Both the position numbers and the translations under genes were made by a program. A stretch of 12,780 bases of DNA, taken from Fibrobacteria bacterium (lineage in GTDB: Bacteria > Fibrobacterota > Fibrobacteria > UBA11236). Every line of letters starts with the position of its first letter. The stretch's first letter is position 1. The notes under the pieces were generated by a model that saw nothing but the letters and a program-made list of their open reading frames with translations, did no database searches and was not told the DNA's origin. Below are positions 1 through 10,524 of the stretch, piece after piece. The stretch spans positions 1 through 12,780 of the forward strand of contig JAYTHY010000058.1 in NCBI GenBank assembly GCA_043732185.1, given 5' to 3'.

Positions 1-67
1 TTAGTTCCAAAATACCCGACGAATGGGAACGCAAAAGCCTCACCGACATTAACACGCCACCGGTCTG

Positions 68-490
68 TCACAAAGCCTTTTCCGCCTCTATTTCATCCAC
101 TAGCCGAACTGACTTCCCTAGATTGTATTTCAACGTGCTATCATCGAACCCACCGTCGGCAACCATAAATTCATAAATCTTTCGGTAATACTCGGCAGCC
201 TCTGCCTTGTTACCTCGGGCTTCATGCACCTCAGCCCATCTCTCCAAACCATCAACCATATGAGGATATTCATCCATCAGCAACCGACACATTTCAGCTG
301 CCTCATCGAGCTTGCCCAACCCAATGAGTTCTGAAACTCTGTTTGAAAAGGTGTCGAACTCCTGAGTCTCTTTTAAAATTTCCAGATATTCGGCGCCGGG
401 TTCTTTGACGACCTTGGGCTTGTCAATGCAACATTTCTTGAATTTCTTGCCGCTTCCACAAGTGCAGGGATCGTTTCGGCTGATTTTCAT
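68..490 (-). CDS. SEC-C (Zn-binding) motif protein with C-terminal TPR-like helices
   Basis: N-terminal SRNDPCTCGSGKKFKKCC is a canonical SEC-C motif. The later segments GKLDEAAEMCRLLMDEYP and WAEVHEARGNKAEAAEYYRK have TPR-like helix-pair character. The ATG (488-490) directly abuts the stop of the upstream ORF. Confidence 0.85.
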   Translation of the reverse strand: MKISRNDPCTCGSGKKFKKCCIDKPKVVKEPGAEYLEILKETQEFDTFSNRVSELIGLGKLDEAAEMCRLLMDEYPHMVDGLERWAEVHEARGNKAEAAEYYRKIYEFMVADGGFDDSTLKYNLGKSVRLVDEIEAEKAL

Positions 491-802
491 TCACTTCCCT
501 TTTGGTTTTGGACCTTCAAACATGGCTTCCATACAATCGATGAAGAATAAGATCTCTTTCGCAGCATTTCTCAAGAACACGCGTTTGTAACTGCCTTGAT
601 TGCTGAGCGAAAGTGCACTCGGCGACTTGCCTATAACTCCTTCATCCCTAAATGCGATTACGCCCAGGAAAATTAGACGGGATATCTCCTTCTTTCGGTT
701 TCTCAATTCGATGAACAAAGCATTTTCCTTCAAATCGATTGACGTGGCTTTCCAGCCTTTAAGGTCTAGGCTATCCCTGAGAAACTCCGATTTATTTTCC
801 AT
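491..802 (-). CDS. hypothetical protein (103 aa)
   Basis: ATG start with AAGGT just upstream, protein-like composition, and a stop directly adjacent to the SEC-C gene start. No family recognised. Confidence 0.7.
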   Translation of the reverse strand: MENKSEFLRDSLDLKGWKATSIDLKENALFIELRNRKKEISRLIFLGVIAFRDEGVIGKSPSALSLSNQGSYKRVFLRNAAKEILFFIDCMEAMFEGPKPKGK

Positions 803-883
803 AGGTACCTTGGATGATGAAGTCCGCTAATGGTGGGATTAATCCTTTGCTTCGTTTGGCTTGCATTACCTAATATTAACTTT

Positions 884-1297
884 TCAACTACCCATAACCG
901 CATCATAAATAAAAGCCTTCCCACCAATCGCCCGTCGTCCCAGCCTCATGAATTTATTCACGATATTGAATAAAGGTAACCATGCGGGGTCACAGAATTC
1001 GTTCCATTCAAAATGCGCCTTGCCGGTTACAGTTTGAAGGGTAAGAGTGTAGCTGGTGATATCCAGTATAGATGGGCAAGGTGCGAGGATTGGGATCGAA
1101 GTCTTGGAAATCAATTCGAGAAATGACTTGGCTGCGGATGTTTTGATATAGATGGTTGATTTTGTGCCACAGTCGTTGATGGTAAGTTTTATTGTCTTGT
1201 TCTTTTTCCGAGTATTGTACTTTGGGTCGCCCGCTTCGGTGTTGAGGCGAAGGATAAGATTTCCACCGCAGAAGTGGAGATGGAGGGCAATTTTCAT
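884..1297 (-). CDS. hypothetical protein (~137 aa; start uncertain, ORF can extend to TTG at 1375)
   Basis: Fills the gap between genes on the operon strand. ATG at 1297 (MKIALHLHF) is preferred over TTG at 1375. The C-terminal ILDITSYTLTL...FEWNEFCDPAWLPL looks like a conserved-type motif, but function is unknown. Confidence 0.6.
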   Translation of the reverse strand: MKIALHLHFCGGNLILRLNTEAGDPKYNTRKKNKTIKLTINDCGTKSTIYIKTSAAKSFLELISKTSIPILAPCPSILDITSYTLTLQTVTGKAHFEWNEFCDPAWLPLFNIVNKFMRLGRRAIGGKAFIYDAVMGS

Positions 1298-1407
1298 CGG
1301 TGCCAATATAGTTGAAAAAATCCTTGAATTTGTGGGTAAATTTGAAAACGAATTCAATGGGTCAAACCTAATCAAATGAGATTATTAAGTAGAAGCCCGA
1401 ATAGCAT

Positions 1408-3513
1408 TTAACTTTGCATCCAAACAACTTCACGCCGCGCCCGCGTCATTGAAACATAAAGCAAAGCCTTTTCTTGGTTCTCCCATCGCTCCTTACTCAC
1501 CTGGTCATAACCCACCGGAACTGGTAGGGATTGCTGACCCGCTCCGGCAATAATAACTCGGTCAAATTCGAGGCCTTTCACACGATGCATGGTAGCCAGG
1601 CAGACGCCCCCACCGGGTTTTATTCTGTGGTCGGAGTCGATAATTTGATGATTAACTCCAGCTTCAGAAAAGGCCGCTTCTAACTGGTTTCGCAATTCGT
1701 TGGTTCGGGTGACAAAACAAATTGAAGATCCCGATTCAGAGTCAACATTTTGGCGGACATAGTTGATTAAATAGGCTTTCTCCTGCGCGAAGTCTTTTAC
1801 CACCACTTTTTCCGGAACCGGCCCATGCATGAGTGAATGATACCCTTTGTTATTATCGGTTCCCCCATCCAAGTCGTCGGAACCCTGGTTTAATAGGGCG
1901 ACGGCGGCTTTGCGTATTTCTTCGGTGGTTCGGTAGTTAACGCGAAGTTTTCGAGAACGGCCCACCACGTTGATGCCGCACTTGGATAAAGTCGCCTGCT
2001 TTCCATAAATTCTTTGATGGGCATCTCCGACAATGAATATATCATTGCTGCGTTGGGGGCCGGCAATGGCGCGGAGTAATGTGAAAGCTTGGTAGCCCAG
2101 GTCCTGGGCTTCGTCAACCACAACCGAAGCATAGAGTTGCTGGCTTGTACCTGCGAGCTGAGTAGAGACTAAACGCATGGCATCTTCGGACTCTACCAGA
2201 TGGTGAGCCAATAGGCGTTCCTGGTAACCTCGGAATACTTGCCATACTGATTTCCTTTGTACGGCTGTTAGGGATGTACCTCGACCTGTGCGCCGGGCCT
2301 TGAGATAATTGGATTCTGTCTCAATACCTTGGGCTTGGATAACCTGTTCCCATTCATCCCGGTAGAATTCTTGATTCAACCCAAGGGCTGGATCGGCATC
2401 CGACAAGGCCGATTGCCAATGAGAGTCCCCGGACTTCCAATAGTGCAGTTTTAGAGAAGGATGGGATTGCTTAAGATGCCTCCCAAGCCAACCATCCAGA
2501 TGAATGACATCTACCCGCTTTGACAAGCCGGGTATCAGGTGGTTAAGACTATGTTCGATATCATTGGCAAGGTTTTTAGTAAAGGTTGTAAAGAGGATGC
2601 GCTCATCCTCTTTTATGAATCGGTATTCTAACAGCCATTTGACACGATGCATGGCGGCCACGGTTTTGCCCGTACCCGCTCCGCCCAAAACTCTGACGGG
2701 TCCATTCCAATCCTTGGCAATAAGTCGCCTTTGGCTCGGATGTAGGAATATGCGCCATTGTTCCATACTGGCAGAAAGTATCTCCAACAATTCCTGCTCA
2801 TTTTCCACGACTCGAAACGCCCTTTGGGATTCAACGCGTTGCAAGGCCTTGGCAATATCGGCGGTGTCAACGGGCTCCGGTATTTCTTTGTATTCAAGCG
2901 TATCCAGCACATCGTTAAAATAGGCCCCGGCCGCCATCATGTAGAGGCTATCCGATATTTCGGAAGGAAATTCCGGCAGAGCCGACTCAAATTCATCATC
3001 GGTCAGGAGGCCCCGGAGTCTAGGCAGAAGAGGCTCAGGAACGCCAATCCGCAGTAATTCCTTATCTGAAAAAGCGCTGAATAGACCATCGGCTTTTGAA
3101 CTTGCCTTGGCGCCAGAGCTGGATGGGAATTTGGAATCGGCATAGGTGGAGGGGCTTGCAGTTGAAGTATGCACGGTTTCTTCCACCCGAAAGACTTGAA
3201 GTGCGCCGGTAAGGGCATTGACCTCACAGCCACGCCCCCGCGCCCAATTATAGGCGTCATCGTGTTTACCAACCCAGAGAAGCAGGTATGCGTTTTTGGC
3301 GGGGCGACCAACTATGCCTCGATAGTCCTGATCGATTCGCACACTATGCAAACAACCCTTATGGGAATCACGGATAATTTCATAGTTGATTCCCGAAGAG
3401 GTTGGGTTCTGCATGAACTTGCCCAGGAACTCGGTGGTCCGCTTCATGGCGGCAGCGGGCAGCTTTCGCATTTGTTCAATAAAGGACGGACTAAGACTGA
3501 ATTGAATATCCAT
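1408..3513 (-). CDS. UvrD/Rep-like SF1 helicase with N-terminal RelE/ParE-like domain (ArmD-like)
   Basis: Walker A GGAGTGKT, LFTTFTKNLA, Walker B VVVDEAQD, GDAHQRIY, LRVNYRT, TMHRVKGLEFD and LLYVSMTRAR are present. The first ~90 aa (FIEQMRKL...SGINYE...SVRIDQDYRGIV...LLWVGKHDDAY) resemble a RelE-like fold. ATG at 3513 lies 2 nt after the upstream stop, giving 701 aa. Confidence 0.9.
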   Translation of the reverse strand: MDIQFSLSPSFIEQMRKLPAAAMKRTTEFLGKFMQNPTSSGINYEIIRDSHKGCLHSVRIDQDYRGIVGRPAKNAYLLLWVGKHDDAYNWARGRGCEVNALTGALQVFRVEETVHTSTASPSTYADSKFPSSSGAKASSKADGLFSAFSDKELLRIGVPEPLLPRLRGLLTDDEFESALPEFPSEISDSLYMMAAGAYFNDVLDTLEYKEIPEPVDTADIAKALQRVESQRAFRVVENEQELLEILSASMEQWRIFLHPSQRRLIAKDWNGPVRVLGGAGTGKTVAAMHRVKWLLEYRFIKEDERILFTTFTKNLANDIEHSLNHLIPGLSKRVDVIHLDGWLGRHLKQSHPSLKLHYWKSGDSHWQSALSDADPALGLNQEFYRDEWEQVIQAQGIETESNYLKARRTGRGTSLTAVQRKSVWQVFRGYQERLLAHHLVESEDAMRLVSTQLAGTSQQLYASVVVDEAQDLGYQAFTLLRAIAGPQRSNDIFIVGDAHQRIYGKQATLSKCGINVVGRSRKLRVNYRTTEEIRKAAVALLNQGSDDLDGGTDNNKGYHSLMHGPVPEKVVVKDFAQEKAYLINYVRQNVDSESGSSICFVTRTNELRNQLEAAFSEAGVNHQIIDSDHRIKPGGGVCLATMHRVKGLEFDRVIIAGAGQQSLPVPVGYDQVSKERWENQEKALLYVSMTRARREVVWMQS

Positions 3514-3515
3514 GG

Positions 3516-6500
3516 TTATCTCGCGTAAAATTGTTGAGCCCAATCGGCGGGTTCCGCACCGATTAGAAATACCGTCCAACCCAAAGGAATCAAGGCTTCT
3601 AAGTCTTGATGACTATCCACCAAGGCCGATTTTCGATCAAGCCAGGCCAGAGCGCATTGAGCCCAGACTCGGCCATTAAAAACGAATTCGAATTGCACTT
3701 CTGGAAGCGGTAATCCACAAGCCTTGGCAACCAGAGCCAGCTTCCACGCCTCTTCATTCCCTAAGAATTCACGGATACTATCCCATTCTGTTAGCGTTGT
3801 CTCCGTAGCTGGCGTCCATGGTATAGCATCATAAGATCCATTCAAGGCGGATTCATTGGACAAAATTAAAGCTTCCTGCAGGTACTGGAAAACATTGGCC
3901 GTGCGCCAGAATTCACGCCATTCCGCCCTACCCTGATCCTGCTTAAACAAGATCTCCTGAGTATGCAGGACAACGGCACAATTTTTATGCGACTGTGCAC
4001 CTGCATTCCCAAGCCAGGCCGTCCAACCTCTCAACCCATTTCCGGAAATATTACCTCGCTGTGATACTTTTCCAGCAGGGAATCTACCCCAGAGGGAACG
4101 AATGCCTTTGGGGGGCTCGAAGGGAAATGTATCCATCCATCCTTCTGGAATTTCATCAGCCAAGGATGCATTTGATATTAGAATGGCATAAGCCCATTTT
4201 TCCCATTCAGCAGGGTTGGGCTTTTCAAGATAGTGCCGCAACAGCATTCCACTTCCGAAAGTATTCATGCTGGTGAAATGGCTAATTTTAAATCCCGTTG
4301 TCGCTTGTTGGTACACTCGTGAATCCTGACTTCCAAGCAAACCTAAAGATTGGGCCTTGGCGACAGACAAATCCTCTACATCTTCCCAGGTAAGACTCCA
4401 ACACAAGAACTTGCGGCTTCGTAAAATGGCCAATCGTTGCAATGTATCGAGACCAAACCGATCCCGGTGGAATTCCCACCCATCCAGGAAAATGGCGATG
4501 GGTAAACCACCAGTGGGCGATTGAGGCCGCAGCACAAAGTCCGCGCGGGAATAAACGGCAATACCTTCGGCTTGACCCATTTCAACTTGTGGCTCAATGG
4601 TCCAGACCTGATTTGTGCCCGCTAAGGCAAGCTCATAGCCATTTTTTCCAGCTTGCTGGATTTCCTTGAGGCCGGCTCCCGGAATCGCCCCCAAGGCTTC
4701 CAGGAACCGTTTTTCCAATTCGCTTTCTAAAAGACTATTTAATCCAATTTGAGATACGCCTCCAGGCAAAACTTGCAAACTGAGGCTGGGATCGAGGATT
4801 TTAGACAGAAGGACCTTTGCGGTATCCCGACTAATCAAATCCATTTCACGACTATTGCGGTGCGCCAAGAGGCAGCGATAACAACCGTCTTTACCGGGAA
4901 CGGCATTACAGATGCATCCCTGTAGGCGTAGATAGGCTAATCGTAATACCTCAAGGAGCTGGAGGGGATTTTCTCGAAACTCCTTCAAGTAACCGGTACC
5001 GCCGGGAACCACATCGAATAGAACCACGAATTGCTTGCGAACATTGGCATTGCCAGGAACGGGTTCGGACTGCATTGCGGCTTGGAGGTGATCGACATTA
5101 CCGCGATAGTGCAAGCGCAAGCCCAGTTGCAGAGCTGCCATAAAAGATTTGGTTTCGTTTGCTGTTGACCCAGTTAAACTTGGGATAAAAATGCGAACTG
5201 CCTCACCCGTAAATTCCCGGTAGAGCAATAAAGTTTGCATCAAGGCTGCCGCTTTATCCTTGTCCTTATTGTTTTCAATGCATTGCCTGGTATGTTCGAT
5301 TTTTCCATCGAGAACGACCCTGCCGCAACTTTTACAGATATCGAACCCGGCCGCGCTGCGTTCTTCTCCCGCAACCTTCAGGGCCGGCGCCTGAGAGTCG
5401 TGAGCCCCAAAGTTGATCTCCCGAAAAACCACCTTGCGCAGGACTTCGAATCCGAAGGGATAGGTGGGATCATCCAATTGCCAGGCCCCAAGGTTTTGAC
5501 TGCCTCGCAAAATGATTTGCATGGACCTTTCAAAAAATTGAACCTGACGCGAATCGGAATCGTCTCCCACCAAACTGTCTTTATCTCTTGTGGTGGCAAA
5601 TACCTGTTTTACCCTAAGCAGCTGCCGAACCTGCTGGGGAGTCGCGTATTCCTCCTCGCCGCATTGAGGACACGTTAAGGACATTTTTCCGGTTTCTTCC
5701 AAATCCATCTGTCCACATTCCGGACAAAGCCGCCAATATTCCGGTTCAGACAAATTACGATCGACCTGATTAATCCGGACTTTACGGCCATGCGCATAGA
5801 AATAATTACCGGGAGCAAAATCGGTTATCGCCGCTGCCGCCGCCCGTTCATATTCATAGGTGCGATGAAATAATTTCGACCCAACCAGCCCTTTTTTTCC
5901 AGACCCCGACCTTGACCCGCCGGCCGATCGCATATAAATAATTGATTTTAGCTGCACGCCAGATTCAGGAAAAGCATAATTGGGAATGAGCCCTTCATCG
6001 GTTAGGAATTGATAGGTATCCCGCTGGTCCATATTTGTCATGAGGCTTGAAAAAGCCGCTTCTTCACTTTCGAGTTCAGCCACCAAATCAGGGTTTGGAG
6101 CTGGCCCTTCTTTGATTTTCTTGATCTCATCCCGAATCAACTTACGTCGGCGAAACATTCCATTGGCATTTTTAGAGGCTTCTTCCAGGCAATTATTGAG
6201 CTTCCCTGCCAGAGTTGCATGACCCTTAGCGGGATCCAAATAATCCTCTAAAAACGCACGGCTGGTATCGGAACAATAAGGAGAAACCAAGCCGCAGAAT
6301 TGGGGCGCCAAGCGGACATGCTCCGCAGCCACAAAATCCAGGAAGGATTTCGGGAAACCGGCTGTTTTGGATTTATGCGCCTGGATTACGGCTTTCATCG
6401 TGTAGGGAACGGTAATCTTGGGATTATTTTGAACCCAACGATCCAAGGCAAAGGCAAAAGCCTGTCGTTCCAGAACAGCAACAGCATCCAGGAAAACACC

Positions 6501-9500
6501 CGGCGCATCAACCTGTCCAGCCAACATCTCCGGCGGAGAGGCCCAGAAATAGAGATCGTGAGGGGTTCCTTCCGCAATGGTGCTGACAACAGCATTGCCA
6601 TCCGTTCGGCCTGCGCGACCTATGCGCTGAGTAAAGTTCGCCTGCTTCGGGGGTATAGAGCAAAGCAGGACCGTGGACAAATCTCCGATGTCAATTCCCA
6701 TCTCGAGCGTGGGAGTGCAGGAAAGTAAATTTGGGTCCCATTGACTCCGTTTATCGCCTGAGCTTTTAAATCGGTTTTCCACTTCCACTCGGTGTTCGCG
6801 TTCCAGGAGCGAAGTATGTTCTTGTGGGAATAACCTCTGAAGATCGCCCTTAGCGTACATGTCGCCATAATAAGGGTTATTGGGAATATACCCGCCATAG
6901 CGACCCGGACAGCCCTTTTTGAAACAATAGGTACCCAGCATTGGCATGAGATTATGCGCTGACAAGGTAAGGCCATGTCCGCAGGTGGAACAACGCAGGT
7001 GCTCGGCATCCTGGAAAATATGTAACCGCTCAATTGGAATGGACCATAATCGGGTAGACTGAATCGCATGGGTTTGCACCATGCCATGGGTTTCTAAAAA
7101 GCCGAACAGATGTTCTATCAATTCAGGATAGGACTGAATCAGCATGGGATCTAGTTGGCCCCAAAACTTGAGGAGCCAATGTGCATACCAGCTCGTGGCC
7201 TTACCGATTTTAGTATCGACCCGATCAAGCCGCTCGTCATTGTCCTGGCCTTCGATGCGTATCCATGGAAAAGCGGGAGTGCGGGAGCTATTTCCGAAGG
7301 CCTTCATCCAACTATTGGCATAGCGGATTTTAAAGATATTGGCCAGCACCTCCATGTAGATTTCCAGTTCCGGATGATCGATGGCGCCATTGTGAATCCA
7401 GCGCCGCAGCATGCCGTTCAAAATCGCGTCTAAGTCTTTGGTGCTAACCGCCCCTCTCAAAGCCGGCACGGTATTTTGTATCCGTAACGAAAGCATTTCC
7501 AAATCATGCTCAGTCCAGGAAGGCTGGAAGCCTGCAACCGCGCAGCCTGATTTTTCGAGGGTCCGCCCTTTACGACAATCCAATCCGAACTCGGTAAATA
7601 CTTCCCAGTCTAAGCGCTTACCCAACGATGTCCAGAAGTGATCGGTAAAGGAGGCGCGAGTACCCGCTTGGGCTTCACGAATTTCCGGCATGTATTCCAG
7701 ATCGGAAGGCAAAAAAGTGGCTACCGTTTTTATATCGGACTTGGTTTCCTCGGCCCAACGGTTTTTCCAGTGTGCGAGCACGCGAGCCGCCAAACCGCCC
7801 AAAGGTTGTGGCTTTGGATCTATTTGCAAAAACTGTTGGACGGCAGCGCGAAAATTAAACTTCCAGGTACGCGCGCCAAAAAAAGCCGCGCGCTGAGAAG
7901 CATCTTGGACATTGTCGGAAAAGGCCAGTAATTTTTTATCGTCATTATAGGGTGAAGCCATCAGCTGATTAATCAATGCGCTACCCATGGATGTGGCTTG
8001 CACACCCATCACCACCAGTGAATTGCGTGTCCCACAAGCCGGGCAGGATTTTCGGGTGGACCATTTTCCATTGTGGGATTGCTGACGGCTATCAGGGACG
8101 TGTACGGGTTTCAAATCCGTTCCATGGCAGTTGCTGCATTTATCGGAACTGGGCAAACAAAGTTGCAAACAAGCAACGCAGACCTTTAGATCGTCTTTGC
8201 CTACGATATCGGGAAATAGAAACCGGATATGCTGTGAAGGTTGATTACTGAAATACGTCTTATAAAAATCGAGCAAGGCCTTGGGATCGGTGCGTAGGCG
8301 GTCGCTATTCTGATCCGGGAGCATGCCTGCCCAACCCCCACTGCCGCATTCCCGGCAATAGACCAAGGGCAAAGCGCGCACGGTTCCACCTGCCAGGTCA
8401 TCGGCAAAATCAAGCTTGGGAGTCGACGAAACGGTCGCGACCATACGCCGCAATTCGCGAATCCAACTTTGCACGCGCACTTGCGGCAACAAAGGCATGG
8501 CGTAATTGGGTCTGGTGGCAAGCACGGTACGGGCATGGGCTACTAAGGAAAGCATAGAGGCGAAAGCCAAATGCAAAAAGGCTTGCACCTGAGCCTGGTC
8601 ACAGCCGGAATTAACTTTAGCAATCAAGCCCGGATTCAACTCAGCGAAGGAAAGGCTCAGCTTATTTAAAGCCTCCGTCTGCAATACCGGCACTCCGCCA
8701 ATGATCTCGATCAAGGTGCGAAATAGCGCGTGGGTTTTGAGCTTTTCACCCAAGACGACTCGTTGGGCAAGAGTGCTCGCGGGGCCCTGCCAGGAAGGCA
8801 ACCAAAGGGAGGCCTGAGCTGTCAGATATTGGTCCGGAGTGGCGTACTGTTCCGGCTGCAAGACAGGCAAATCAGAAAATTTCGGAAACCGGCTTTCATC
8901 CAAGTTGAGAGGGTTGCCTCCCAAAAACTCCTTGGGAGTTAAACGCTGTTCAGCTATTACTGCGCCAGCCTGAAAGGGCTCACCGAAAATTTTATCGGCA
9001 TAATCCAGCATTTCCGGCACAGCTTTAGCCCCGCCCAAGGTCGCGGAGGTTCCCACCGCGCAAAGGTTACCGGAGAAGCAACCTAAACGGAATTTCAAGC
9101 GCCGAATCAGTAAGGCCAGATCCGTGCCCTGGGCTCCATCGAAAGTATGCAGTTCATCTACAACCAAATAGCGCAGGGTCGAAGGCTGGTCCCCTTCCGC
9201 AGGACGGTTTTTCGCCCAGAGCGGTTGGTCACGCGGTCGAAGCAAAAGGAAATCCAACATCTTGTAATTGGTGAGCAAGATATCGGGTGGATCAAGCCGC
9301 ATGGATTCCGCATCGGTGATGAGCGAATCGGGAGTCATGACCTTGGAGGGATGATCCTGTTCCCCACCCACCCAAAGACCGGCGCGAACCTTACCTTGTA
9401 AGGCCGGATCGCCCGCAATGATTTTTGCCATGCGCCTAGCTTGGTCGGTAGCCAAGGCATTCATGGGATAGACCAAGATGGCTTTGACACCCGGCCAACC

Positions 9501-9860
9501 TGCGCCCCGCTGCGCGCGGGCATGCTCCAGAATCGGATAGAGAAAACATTCCGTTTTACCGGACCCGGTGCCCGTAGCCACCAAGGTGCTTTGACCCGCA
9601 GTAATCCGATCCCAAGCTTTTTCCTGATGGCTATAAGGCGTGATGGAAAGATTTAAATACGGAAAGAAATCCTTGGAATTGCGCATGCCCTGTTGGAAGG
9701 GTAATCCTAAACTGATCCAAGGCCCTTGGAACATACGATCGGGTTCATCGCATAAGGCATCGACCACGCCATTGAAGGTGGGCGTAGTAATATCAAAGGT
9801 GGTGCGTACGAAGTCGGCTACGCCTTGCCGGATTTGGCGATCCAGGAGAGAAGGAATCAT
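3516..9860 (-). CDS. Large DEAD/DEAH-box SF2 helicase, YprA/DUF1998 (MrfA Zn-binding) family, with C-terminal Vsr/DUF559-like nuclease domain (ArmC/DruE-related defence helicase)
   Basis: Q-motif PYSHQ, Walker [65 protein letters not shown] and PNYAFP are present. DUF1998 signature [11 protein letters not shown]...[16 protein letters not shown] is followed by ESELEKRF...EPQV...RADFVL...IFLDGWEFH. Confidence 0.92.
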   Translation of the reverse strand: MIPSLLDRQIRQGVADFVRTTFDITTPTFNGVVDALCDEPDRMFQGPWISLGLPFQQGMRNSKDFFPYLNLSITPYSHQEKAWDRITAGQSTLVATGTGSGKTECFLYPILEHARAQRGAGWPGVKAILVYPMNALATDQARRMAKIIAGDPALQGKVRAGLWVGGEQDHPSKVMTPDSLITDAESMRLDPPDILLTNYKMLDFLLLRPRDQPLWAKNRPAEGDQPSTLRYLVVDELHTFDGAQGTDLALLIRRLKFRLGCFSGNLCAVGTSATLGGAKAVPEMLDYADKIFGEPFQAGAVIAEQRLTPKEFLGGNPLNLDESRFPKFSDLPVLQPEQYATPDQYLTAQASLWLPSWQGPASTLAQRVVLGEKLKTHALFRTLIEIIGGVPVLQTEALNKLSLSFAELNPGLIAKVNSGCDQAQVQAFLHLAFASMLSLVAHARTVLATRPNYAMPLLPQVRVQSWIRELRRMVATVSSTPKLDFADDLAGGTVRALPLVYCRECGSGGWAGMLPDQNSDRLRTDPKALLDFYKTYFSNQPSQHIRFLFPDIVGKDDLKVCVACLQLCLPSSDKCSNCHGTDLKPVHVPDSRQQSHNGKWSTRKSCPACGTRNSLVVMGVQATSMGSALINQLMASPYNDDKKLLAFSDNVQDASQRAAFFGARTWKFNFRAAVQQFLQIDPKPQPLGGLAARVLAHWKNRWAEETKSDIKTVATFLPSDLEYMPEIREAQAGTRASFTDHFWTSLGKRLDWEVFTEFGLDCRKGRTLEKSGCAVAGFQPSWTEHDLEMLSLRIQNTVPALRGAVSTKDLDAILNGMLRRWIHNGAIDHPELEIYMEVLANIFKIRYANSWMKAFGNSSRTPAFPWIRIEGQDNDERLDRVDTKIGKATSWYAHWLLKFWGQLDPMLIQSYPELIEHLFGFLETHGMVQTHAIQSTRLWSIPIERLHIFQDAEHLRCSTCGHGLTLSAHNLMPMLGTYCFKKGCPGRYGGYIPNNPYYGDMYAKGDLQRLFPQEHTSLLEREHRVEVENRFKSSGDKRSQWDPNLLSCTPTLEMGIDIGDLSTVLLCSIPPKQANFTQRIGRAGRTDGNAVVSTIAEGTPHDLYFWASPPEMLAGQVDAPGVFLDAVAVLERQAFAFALDRWVQNNPKITVPYTMKAVIQAHKSKTAGFPKSFLDFVAAEHVRLAPQFCGLVSPYCSDTSRAFLEDYLDPAKGHATLAGKLNNCLEEASKNANGMFRRRKLIRDEIKKIKEGPAPNPDLVAELESEEAAFSSLMTNMDQRDTYQFLTDEGLIPNYAFPESGVQLKSIIYMRSAGGSRSGSGKKGLVGSKLFHRTYEYERAAAAAITDFAPGNYFYAHGRKVRINQVDRNLSEPEYWRLCPECGQMDLEETGKMSLTCPQCGEEEYATPQQVRQLLRVKQVFATTRDKDSLVGDDSDSRQVQFFERSMQIILRGSQNLGAWQLDDPTYPFGFEVLRKVVFREINFGAHDSQAPALKVAGEERSAAGFDICKSCGRVVLDGKIEHTRQCIENNKDKDKAAALMQTLLLYREFTGEAVRIFIPSLTGSTANETKSFMAALQLGLRLHYRGNVDHLQAAMQSEPVPGNANVRKQFVVLFDVVPGGTGYLKEFRENPLQLLEVLRLAYLRLQGCICNAVPGKDGCYRCLLAHRNSREMDLISRDTAKVLLSKILDPSLSLQVLPGGVSQIGLNSLLESELEKRFLEALGAIPGAGLKEIQQAGKNGYELALAGTNQVWTIEPQVEMGQAEGIAVYSRADFVLRPQSPTGGLPIAIFLDGWEFHRDRFGLDTLQRLAILRSRKFLCWSLTWEDVEDLSVAKAQSLGLLGSQDSRVYQQATTGFKISHFTSMNTFGSGMLLRHYLEKPNPAEWEKWAYAILISNASLADEIPEGWMDTFPFEPPKGIRSLWGRFPAGKVSQRGNISGNGLRGWTAWLGNAGAQSHKNCAVVLHTQEILFKQDQGRAEWREFWRTANVFQYLQEALILSNESALNGSYDAIPWTPATETTLTEWDSIREFLGNEEAWKLALVAKACGLPLPEVQFEFVFNGRVWAQCALAWLDRKSALVDSHQDLEALIPLGWTVFLIGAEPADWAQQFYAR

Positions 9861-9863
9861 GAT

Positions 9864-10268
9864 TTAGCCGGTGATCCAATTCTCGATTTTAAGATCGGAT
9901 ACTTTGGCGAATTCCTTCACATTATTTGTGACCAAGGTTTGCTGATGCGCCAAAGCAATCGCGGCAATCAGAGTATCCATGGGTCCAATGGGTTGACCCA
10001 GGTCTTTCAATTCTTTTCGGATTTTACCATAGTAGCGGGCGGAATCCATATCGAAGTCGATGATGGTAAATGGCACGAGGAATTCATATAGCCGGGTCAT
10101 GGTTTCACTAGGTCGATTGCTATTCGCCACGCCATATTCCAACTCCGCAATAGTGATTGTGGAAATGCCAACATTCTCAATGCCTACTGCCCGTAGCTTC
10201 TTAACCAAATCCACATATTGATTTTTAATGATGTAGATACAGATATTGGTGTCGAGGAGATAGGTCAT
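9864..10268 (-). CDS. vapC: Type II TA toxin VapC (PIN-domain ribonuclease)
   Basis: YLLDTNICIY, TIAELEYG, PIGPMDTLIAA and LVTNNVKEF...IENW carry the PIN acidic residues. The start overlaps the antitoxin stop as ATGA (10265-10268). Confidence 0.95.
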   Translation of the reverse strand: MTYLLDTNICIYIIKNQYVDLVKKLRAVGIENVGISTITIAELEYGVANSNRPSETMTRLYEFLVPFTIIDFDMDSARYYGKIRKELKDLGQPIGPMDTLIAAIALAHQQTLVTNNVKEFAKVSDLKIENWITG

Positions 10269-10501
10269 AGGTCAATTTCGCGTCCCTGATCGGATTGATT
10301 GTCTACGCGATCGAATTCCACATCCTTGGGAAAGGACTTCAAGGCATTGACGAAGATGTCTTCCCATTTGTTTTTGGGAATCAGCATCACCACATCACCC
10401 ATTCGTTTGATCATGACTTCGTCTTCATCCTCGAAGCGAAACTCCTTGGGGAGTCTTACGGCTTGGCTTCTTCCGTTCATGAATAGCTTGGCAATAGTCA
10501 T
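10265..10501 (-). CDS. vapB: Type II TA antitoxin VapB (AbrB/MazE/SpoVT DNA-binding domain)
   Basis: MTIAKLFMNGRSQAVRLPKEFRF is the typical AbrB-type VapB N-terminus, followed by an acidic tail. A GGAGG RBS at 10507-10511 supports the ATG at 10501 (78 aa) rather than the 136-aa ORF call. Confidence 0.93.
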   Translation of the reverse strand: MTIAKLFMNGRSQAVRLPKEFRFEDEDEVMIKRMGDVVMLIPKNKWEDIFVNALKSFPKDVEFDRVDNQSDQGREIDL

Positions 10502-10524
10502 ATCAGCCTCCGCTTTGGCATAAT

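Noticed and set aside
803..883. Short palindromes (AGGTACCT, GGATTAATCC, TAATATTA) as an integron attC site
   Set aside because: No paired RYYYAAC/GTTRRRY ends or extended stem, and no integrase in the window.
3514..3579. Upstream start of the UvrD-like gene (723 aa)
   Set aside because: It overlaps the end of the large helicase. ATG 3513, 2 nt after that stop, is more plausible.
3516..9860. Calling the helicase DruE (Druantia) or DrmA/B (DISARM)
   Set aside because: It shares DUF1998 and size with DruE, but no Druantia partner genes are visible. It is a single fused protein, unlike split DrmA/DrmB, and the RelE-UvrD neighbour fits a different architecture.
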